From Octopus vulgaris (Eukaryota), in assembly GCA_951406725.2 (NCBI GenBank), contig OX597833.1, positions 2,542,001 through 2,606,000 of the forward strand: DNA of 64,000 bases. Reading direction: 5' to 3'. Position numbers and translations under genes: made by a program. How positions within the stretch are numbered: the stretch's first letter is position 1; the number at the start of each line of letters is the position of its first letter. Positions 55,200 through 64,000 of this stretch are shown in pieces. Under the pieces are notes generated by a model. The model saw nothing but the letters and a program-made list of their open reading frames with translations. It did no database searches and had not been told where the DNA came from.

Positions 55200-56080
55200 A
55201 GACGGAAAACAGGTTTCGACGTGAACCTTGTAGATCTTCCGAGACCATAGAAAGATCATACTGGAATCTTTCTTGATGTCACATTTATACTTAACTTCCA
55301 ATTGGAAGAAATCTTCAAAGACTTCAAGCAAAAGCGGACTATCACCATATCCCACCTCACTGTACATTAAAGTACCGTAACCCACGCAACCTTATAAAAT
55401 ATATCCACCCTACATCAGCAAAAGTAAGGGTCCACTATTTTCTGATGAAGCCGTCTTCAGCTGAGCTGCAGAAAATGACTAGGAGACCATAAAATGCAGC
55501 CGATACCAAGAAAGAAAATAAGGTCCTCATTTCCAGTTTCTTGAAACCATTGTAGAAACACCTGGACAAGAAATATATGGTATAACCCATCGTAGAACTT
55601 TTCCATTGCCAAACATTTCGTCTCCATAATCGGAAAATATTCATAATCTGTTCAACACAGACAGCATGAAGGTGGTCTAGAGTTACATGAAACAAAGCGT
55701 AATGCCAACAAAAGAGACAATACAAAATATGCTGCAATTTAACGTTGAGCAAAGACAAGGAACATACAACTGCCGAAACATCGAGCTTTGTCCTTTAAAA
55801 TCTAAATGCCTAGAAAGAAAGGAAAAACTGTATATCAAGTTCATGTCTTCAGCAACACATCAAGAAGCTAAAAAGAACTTCCTCAAGAACGGCAATTTGT
55901 ACATTAGCATAAAACTCTACATATTGCCAGTTCAAGAATTCATTAAGCAGTCGTATGCTTTGGGTAAATATGGTGTTTTTCTGTAAGAGAAACCCAGGTT
56001 CTTAGTCAGATCAGAGGTGCCTCTTTTTGGTATCCGGTGCTGATGAGAAGAGAACGACTTCGAAATTGCTGCACCTACCA
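55200..56080 (+). mobile_element. Highly decayed Penelope-like element (RT C-terminus and Cys-rich linker before GIY-YIG) with a 3' hammerhead remnant
   Basis: FLDVTF-like codons near 55269; YNCRNIELCPLKSKCL matches the CNCR..CPL.G.CL linker of PLEs; GGUG-CUGAUGA-GAAG..CUUC-GAAA..CACC at 56036-56075. Confidence 0.65.
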
Positions 56081-56238
56081 CTTCAACAACGAAAAGTGTT
56101 TTTACACCATTTTGTCTCCAGCAAGAATATTTCTCTATCACAACCTGCAGTGAAAAGCGCTTTTATGTGTGCAAATTATCTCTCAAACATCTCTAAACTG
56201 ATATCAAATACACTCACACACACGCACACACATACATG

Positions 56239-56279
<41 letters not shown>

Positions 56280-56458
56280 AAGGAGATACTAACAAGTTTA
56301 GTTACAAATAATTAAAGAACCCTTAATATACATTAGTTTCGAGGTGGATGATTAATTACAGAAAACCTCTTAGAGAAATTTATGTTTAATTAAAAACAAT
56401 TCATTAATAATAGTTTAAAACATTAAGAGTTTCAACTAAATCACTCTCTTCACTTTCT

Positions 56459-56497
<39 letters not shown>

Positions 56498-56527
56498 ACA
56501 TATATATACATATATATATATATATAC

Positions 56528-56569
<42 letters not shown>

Positions 56570-56789
56570 ATATATACAAACACGCACATACGCAAACATA
56601 CAAACATGAATAGAGAGAGAGAGAGAGAGAGAGACTAACAAACTCACAGACAAACTAAAAGGCTGATAGACAGACAAACAGACAGACAGACAGACTTAGT
56701 TGCTCAGAGTGTTGGGAACACGTTGACACGTAGCTAGGCGTAAAATATTTCGTATGAAAATACATCGATGTCCCTGAATATATATATAC

Positions 56790-56821
<32 letters not shown>

Positions 56822-56962
56822 GTATATATATATATATATGTTGAAAAATGCCTACACATGAAAATGGATGCTTACACATACAAAAAGATACACCTACATA
56901 CACATATATGTGCGATGCATATATATACATTTATGTATGTGTGTACTTGTATGTGTGAGTGC

Positions 56963-57019
<57 letters not shown>

Positions 57020-57740
57020 CATGTGTGTGCACGTTCTCTCAGATCAGGTTGCCCCGTATCAGAGGATTCACAAGCCTTCATTTGACGCACGTATACACAT
57101 TTATCATATATATATATAAACATATTATATACATATATATACACACACATACACACACATATACATATATATAAATATATATATATACATATATATACAT
57201 ATATACACACACACGCAAATATAGACAGTGCCATAGATCAACCTTTATGTGCCATCTTGAGAAATTTATAGTAACGTGTTTTGGTGTTTAATGTACAGAT
57301 ATATTCAGGAAAATCATACAACCACACACGTTTACATACTCATCCATATATATATACATACATATATATATGTTTATATTATGTACCTCTCTATATATAT
57401 ATACACTCACATATATATATGATATAATATATATAACATATATATATATATTATATATATTATATTATATATATATTACATTATATATATAGACTTACAC
57501 ATATATATTTATATATACATAATACATATAGATGCATATATACATACATATATATATATTGTATTATATTATATTATATATATATATATATATATATCTA
57601 TTTATATGCACATACAGTCACACACGCAGATCAAGAGTTATCTTCCATCTTGTGAAAATCATAGCAATGGAGTCGGTATTTTGTTTATATAAAGAAATAT
57701 TTGGCACACATGTGCACAGAGATAGAGACGTACTCTTACA

Positions 57741-57788
<48 letters not shown>

Positions 57789-57981
57789 AACACAAGCACT
57801 TACTCAGGCATTAAGTCACACATAGCAACCATTATCCGACATCTTTTAAAATGCATCGCAATGGTGTATGTTTATGCAGAGAACTGCCTTGCATACATAT
57901 CCGCATACATGTAAATACACACACACACACACACGTATGTATACATATTTATCCCTCTCTCTCTCTCTCTCTCTCTCTCCC

Positions 57982-58043
<62 letters not shown>

Positions 58044-59034
58044 TATAGGGAGGAAGAGGTCATAATATGTCGTCTTACGAAGACCATAGCAATAAGCTTC
58101 GTAGATTCATAGGCAGAAACGCGTAACATAAAGATAAAATATACAGCCGTTGCTATGTGGTAAGAAACTTGCTTTGCAATCGTATAGTTCCAGGTTCAGT
58201 CCCACCGCTCCAGTATGGCCGCAGTGAACAGACTGAAACAACTAAAAGAATATATATGTGTGTGTATGTACGTATGTATGAATGTCCACGTACAAAAGCA
58301 GTTCCAAAGATCTCACGTTATCCACCATCTTGTAGAAAAAAGATAATTATGATAAGCGGGCACCTGTGCGCGTGTGTGTGTGTGTGTGTGTGTATTTGTT
58401 TTGTGTACGTGTCACTGTGTGTGTGTGTCTGTGTTTGTGTGCGCCTTTGTGCATGTGTATGCGTGCTCATGTGTGTTTGAGTGTATGCGCAAGCTTGTGA
58501 ATGTGTGTGTGTGTGTGTGTGTGTGTATACGTCTGTGCGTTTGTGTGTTCGTATGCATGCATGTACGTGTATATTTCAGCCCGTGTATGTGTGCGTGCTT
58601 GCTAATTTGTATGTGTTCGTGTCAGTGTGCATATGTCTGTGTGTGAGTGTGCGTGTGTGTGTGTGTGCGTGTGTATATGTGGGTGTATATAGTGAGATAA
58701 TATTGACAAACGTTTCAGTACTTTATTACTCCTGACTCAACACAACTCCTTACCAACCATCTCTCTCTCTCTCTCTCTCTCTCTCCCCCTCTCTCTCTCT
58801 CTCTCTCTCTCCCTCTCTCTCCCCCTCTCTCCCCCTCTCTCCCTCTTGATCTGCTTCCTTTTTTTCTTTCCTTTTTCCCATGATCCCTTTTGATCAAAAT
58901 TCTATCGCCCTTTTTTTTCTCTTCCCTAAAACAGCCTTGTGTGACCAATAAAGAAACATATCTATTTGTCTATCTATCTATCTATCTATCTATCTCTCCA
59001 TCCATCTATCTATCTATCTATCTATCTATTTATC

Positions 59035-59083
<49 letters not shown>

Positions 59084-59094
59084 GTCTGTCTATA

Positions 59095-59127
<33 letters not shown>

Positions 59128-59165
59128 ATCTATCTCTCCATCCATCTATCTATCTATCTATCCAT

Positions 59166-59269
<104 letters not shown>

Positions 59270-59319
59270 GTATATGTATATCTGTATTTCTGTCTGTCTG
59301 TCTATTCATCTTTCTCCAT

Positions 59320-59354
<35 letters not shown>

Positions 59355-59447
59355 CATACATATATATATATGAGCGCCATACTAACACAATTGTTTGTTT
59401 GTACTCCACCTGCCTTCGTCTTTTGTTTATTTTCATAAAGCTTCCCG

Positions 59448-59517
<70 letters not shown>

Positions 59518-60357
59518 TATATGTATGTATGCATAAGTATTATATGTATGTATGTATATGTATATCTGTATTTCTGTATGTCTGTCTATCTATCTATCGA
59601 TCGATCTATCTATTTCGCACACTCGAACCCTCTCTTTGTCTCTCTTACCATTGCTCTCTGTCTTTCTCTTTCCTCTCACTCATTCTCTGTCTCTCTCTGT
59701 CTCTCTCTTGATCCCTCACTCTTTTTCTCACTCACTCTCTCTCTCTCTCTCTCACTACCACTCTTCCCTTCTCTCTCTCTCTCCCCATAAATCATATTTC
59801 CATATCTTAATCGCATTTCAACGCAACACTTCAACAACGGCCATTTTTTTCTTTTATACACACTTTGTTTTTGCGGCTGTTGTTGTTGTTGCTGCTGCTG
59901 CTGTTGTTATTGTTGTTGTTGTAGTTGTTGTTGTTGTTGTTGTGGTGGTGGTGGTGGTGGTGGTGGTGGCGGCGACCGTGCTAATGATAATGACGTTAGT
60001 TCTGGTGATGATGCGAATGAAAATGGCGAGTTTGATGATGGCGACAGTGATGATGATGATGATGATGACGACGACGACGACAATGACGACGATGATGATG
60101 ATGATGATGTGACGATGATGATGATGTGACGATGATGATGATGATGATGGTGACGATGATGATGATGACGACGACGACGACGACGATGATGATGATGATG
60201 ATGATGACGATGATGATGATGATGATGATGATAATGATGATGATGATAATGATGATGATGATGATGACGATGATGATGATGATGATGATGACGACGACGA
60301 CGACGACGACGACGATGATGATGATGATGATGTGACGATGATGATGATGATGTGACG

Positions 60358-60389
<32 letters not shown>

Positions 60390-60559
60390 GATGATGATGA
60401 TGACGAAGATGATGGTGATAAGGATGGTTGGGATCATGGCAGTTAGTGCCTTGTGGTGATGGCAGCATAGCTTCTACCGACAGAAGTCTCACTGGTGGTG
60501 GTGGTGGTGGTGGTAGTGATGATGGTTGTGGTTGTGGTTGTGGCGGTGGCAGTGGCGGT

Positions 60560-60617
<58 letters not shown>

Positions 60618-60937
60618 AATATACAGCGGCGAGCTGGCAGAAACGTTAGCGCGCCGGTCGAAATGCGTTGCCGTATTTCGTCTGCCGTTACGTTCCGAGT
60701 TCAAATTCCGCCGAGGTCGACTTTGCCTTTCATCCTTTCGGGGTCGATAAATTAAGTACCAGTTAGGCACTGGGGTCGATGTAATCAACTTAATCCCTTT
60801 GTCTGTCCTTGTTTGTCTCCTCTGTGTTTAACCCCTTGTGGGTAGTAAAGAAATATATATGTAAGGTGGGGGGTGGCGAGGACTGAATAAGTCTTCACCT
60901 GCAGGAGGTTGCCATCCACGTTCTCTTGTCAACCACC

Positions 60938-61030
60938 GACACCACCTTTACAAGATTTCAGCTGCCCATAAATATGTGCAAACCGTGCAGATAAATAATG
61001 ATTGCATCAGCTCATCAGATGATGACTGTC
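60938..61030 (-). ncRNA. Hammerhead motif with extended stem II
   Basis: GACAGUCAUCAU-CUGAUGA-GCUG..(about 45 nt)..CAGCU-GAAA-UCUUG-UA-AAGGUGGUGUC. Confidence 0.55.
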
Positions 61031-61190
61031 TCATTAAGGAAACATCGGATCAGTACATCACGGCATTATTGGGACTTGCAATTCGGCCACTAGTGTATCA
61101 TTTCCTGAATACCTATACTTCAATATGCGTTGACAAGCAAGAGCGAAATCACCGGAAACTCTATTTCAACAGCAGGTTTAATATGAGGTG

Positions 61191-61522
61191 TGGAGGCGCA
61201 ATGGCCCAGTGGCGTTGTGAGTGTTTATTGAGCGAAAACACCTAAAAGCTCCACGAGGCTCCGGCAGGGGATGGTGGTGATCGCTGCTGTACTCTTTCAC
61301 CACAACTTTCTCTCACTCTTACTACCTGTTTCTGTTGTACCTGTATTTCAAAGGGCCGGCCTTGTCACTCTCTGTGTCACGCTGAATATCCCCGAGAACT
61401 ACGTTAAGGGTATACGTGTCTGTGGAGTGCTCAGCCACTTACACGATAATTTCACGAGCAGGCTGTTCCGTTGATTCGGATCAACCGGAACCCTCATCGT
61501 CGTAACCGACGGAGTGCTTCCC
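61191..61522 (+). mobile_element. SINE family A copy with a deletion removing the B box
   Basis: ggcccagtgg joined directly to cgttgtgagtg; remainder near-identical to the family. Confidence 0.88.
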
Positions 61523-61858
61523 CCACTTAATATCAGGTTTAATACGAGAGAGCCTTATCCTAATTTTTTTCCCCACCAAACTATGACTCATAGGTGAGAA
61601 GGGGTTGATTTTGGAACTGTTCCTTCTTCAAGAAGATTTAGTTGTCACCCAGATAGAAACCAGGATGCTCTTACGACCCTTCCTCACACACAAACCCACA
61701 TATATACATATATGATCAGTGTTTCACCGTATTTTATAGAACGCCTATATCTGCATCGGCGATCAGTAATTCAATATATTTTGTGTAACTATTATATCTG
61801 TATATATAATCAGTAACTATTGTATCTGCATATGTGATCAGTATATACACACACATTA

Positions 61859-61957
<99 letters not shown>

Positions 61958-62090
61958 GTGTGTATTATGTATGTATATATACTAGAGTAAGCACATAAAT
62001 GTGAAACAAGGTGGGAAAATAATACTCGAATATCGGTGGTAGAGTAATATGATTTATTAATAAAGCTGTAGATATCACAAAAACTGAACC

Positions 62091-62136
62091 AAAACTGTCC
62101 GACGAACGGAAACCTGAATCTCTGAGTAACAGTTTT
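62091..62136 (+). ncRNA. Hammerhead-like motif with U4C core and 8-bp stem I
   Basis: AAAACUGU-CCGACGA-ACGG(AAA)CCU-GAAU-CUC(U)GAG-UA-ACAGUUUU; A15.1 replaced by U. Confidence 0.55.
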
Positions 62137-62181
62137 TGAGATGTCTTTGCAGCTTTATTAATAATAATAATAATAAAGTAA

Positions 62182-62241
<60 letters not shown>

Positions 62242-62293
62242 TAAAATAAAACGCGGGGTCTAGTCGGGCAAAATAAAGATAACGAATTAAACT

Positions 62294-63483
62294 TTTGGTT
62301 AACCATGTATAAGAACCTGTTTGAAGCTTAAGGGGAAAATTATACCTATAGCTCTCATCAACAACGATATTCCATAGTATAAATTGACTAGTATCTACAC
62401 ATCTACCTTAAGCTTGAAACAGGATCTTGTACACGGTAAACCATTCGAATGCTTCAATTACCTCTTCTCTATTTAAGAATGCTTTATTGCGTATAGCAAG
62501 CTCGAAGTGTTTAAATATGTGATAATCAGTAGGAGAAATGTCAGGAGAATAAAGAGGATGCGCCAAAATTTCATAATTCAGGCATTGCAACTTGTGAAAG
62601 TGTGAGGCCTTGCATTATCCTGAAGCAAAATCGGGCCATCTCTATTCATTAATCTGGATTGCTTCGTTTTTAATTTTTCATGCTTACAATCAATTTCCTG
62701 ACAATAGGATGTTTCTGTTACAGTTTTTCCTTGTTGCAAAAATTAATAATGAAAAACCCCGCTTTGTTGACCACCATACGGTGACCATCAACCACTTAGG
62801 GTGCAGTGGTGGTTTTGAGTAGTGTTTTAGTGTCTCTCCTGCATGTAACCATTGTCCTGTCCGCCTGCTGTTATCATAGAGTATCCATTTCTGATCACAC
62901 GTAATGAGTCGATATAAAAGTGGTTTTCTTTCCAACCGAGAAACCAACACATTGTAAGGCACCTGTTGTTTTGAATCTCATTAAGTTGATAGGTAACAAA
63001 CCTATCCATCTTTTTGACTTTTCCAATTTTCTTCAAGTGTCGAGAAGCAGTTGCGGGAAATGTCTGGAGCTCTGATCCAATTTTTCGGACCGTTGTTCTC
63101 GGATTTCGTTTAACCAAAGCATTCAATTCATCATGCGAATAACTGATTTTGGTCTCCCCCTTGGTCCATTTCTAAGGTTTTCATTTCCTGAACGAACAGT
63201 TCTAATGTCAACAGAATCGTTACCAAAAACCCGCTTGATGTTTCGTAGAACTTTCGTGGCAGAGTGACCCAACTTGTATTCGTACGAGAAAACCACTCGG
63301 TATTGTTCAATTGTCAACATTGTCATGAGAGCTGTGGGTAGCAATTTTGATTAATAGTATTGTCTTGAAAGAAAAAGAGTCAAGAGCAAACACAAGCACA
63401 TACATAGAAACTCATTAAAAGTCCATTTATAAATGACTCACAAGAAACCCATTTAAAATACGTTTCATGTATGGCAACCTAAT
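62294..63483 (-). mobile_element. Decayed near full-length mariner transposon
   Basis: Frameshifted pieces YEYKLGHSAT, RGRP, LITCDQKWILYDN, MVTVWWS, QDNARPH, HPLYSPDISPTDYHIF; TIR-like tattaggttgccatacatgaaacg at the right end; left TIR degenerate. Confidence 0.9.
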
Positions 63484-63912
63484 ATTTACATAGTCATGTA
63501 CCGCGTTTAGTTCTCTTCTAATTAATATCTCTCGAAACTCCTTTCCTATGTAACGTAACGCGTGGTTCATTTAGCTTTTATTCATCCAAATAACTTGCGA
63601 AAATATTTTAAAAGAAATGTGATTCAAAAGTTTTGACAAAAATACTCAAACAACATTCACTTGTATTTTTGATTCATTCTGCTATCTTTCACCACACGGC
63701 GTCAGTGTTTGTTTTTAAGATACCAAAGAAGTTTCGAAAGCAATGTAGCAATCGATCGAACAAGCAAATAAAAGCGAAAAAATCTAGCATAGAACAAATT
63801 TGTCGCAATTGTTATGTTGAGTGAGTTAAGAAATTGATGGTTGCAGTGCAGAGTGATCGCAAATGGAAAATTCTAACCATCAGTGTTTGTTCTACTCTTT
63901 TTTCTTTTTTAG

Positions 63913-64000
63913 ATCGAAACCATTGGAGATGCTTATTGTGTAGCAGCAGGGTTACATAGATCCAGTCCTTACCATGCGCAACAGATTGCCTGGATGGCTC
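63913..64000 (+). CDS. GUCY1A-like: Soluble guanylate cyclase alpha-type subunit, next catalytic-domain exon (runs off the window)
   Basis: Long polypyrimidine tract + tag|ATC; IETIGDAYCVAAGLHRSSPYHAQQIAWMA continues DVYK in phase 0. GDAYC is alpha-type (beta subunits have GDKYM). Confidence 0.95.
   Translation, partial: METIGDAYCVAAGLHRSSPYHAQQIAWMA

Noticed and set aside
55440-55480. CUGAUGA followed by GAAA
   Set aside because: Lies in decayed PLE coding sequence; stems do not form a hammerhead.

Overview
AT-rich, microsatellite-dense eukaryotic DNA; the repeat content looks like Octopus or another coleoid cephalopod (inference from memory of its SINE families, not verified). The only host gene I can support is a + strand soluble guanylate cyclase alpha-type subunit, seen as three phase-compatible GT-AG exons (4179-4317, 6705-6871, 63913 to the window end), so 6872-63912 is one 57,041-nt intron. 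Almost all ORF-track entries are microsatellite artefacts. The introns hold three tRNA-derived SINE families, an R4/Dong-like LINE fragment in (TAA)n, two decayed mariners, a mini-Helitron and a Penelope-like (PLE) remnant. The main unexplained signal is more than 15 minimal type I hammerhead-ribozyme-like motifs from many unrelated short non-coding elements, many docked on (TA)n/(ATAG)n tracts. Several have non-canonical cores (UUGACAA, CCGACGA, CUGUUGA, CUGAUGC, G15.1-C16.1), palindromic stem III, or a 50-140 nt stem II. They occur alongside foldback elements, a tandem unit with an internal tRNA-like module, and a candidate three-helix pseudoknot. All folds were made by eye; no activity is demonstrated, and repeat boundaries are approximate.
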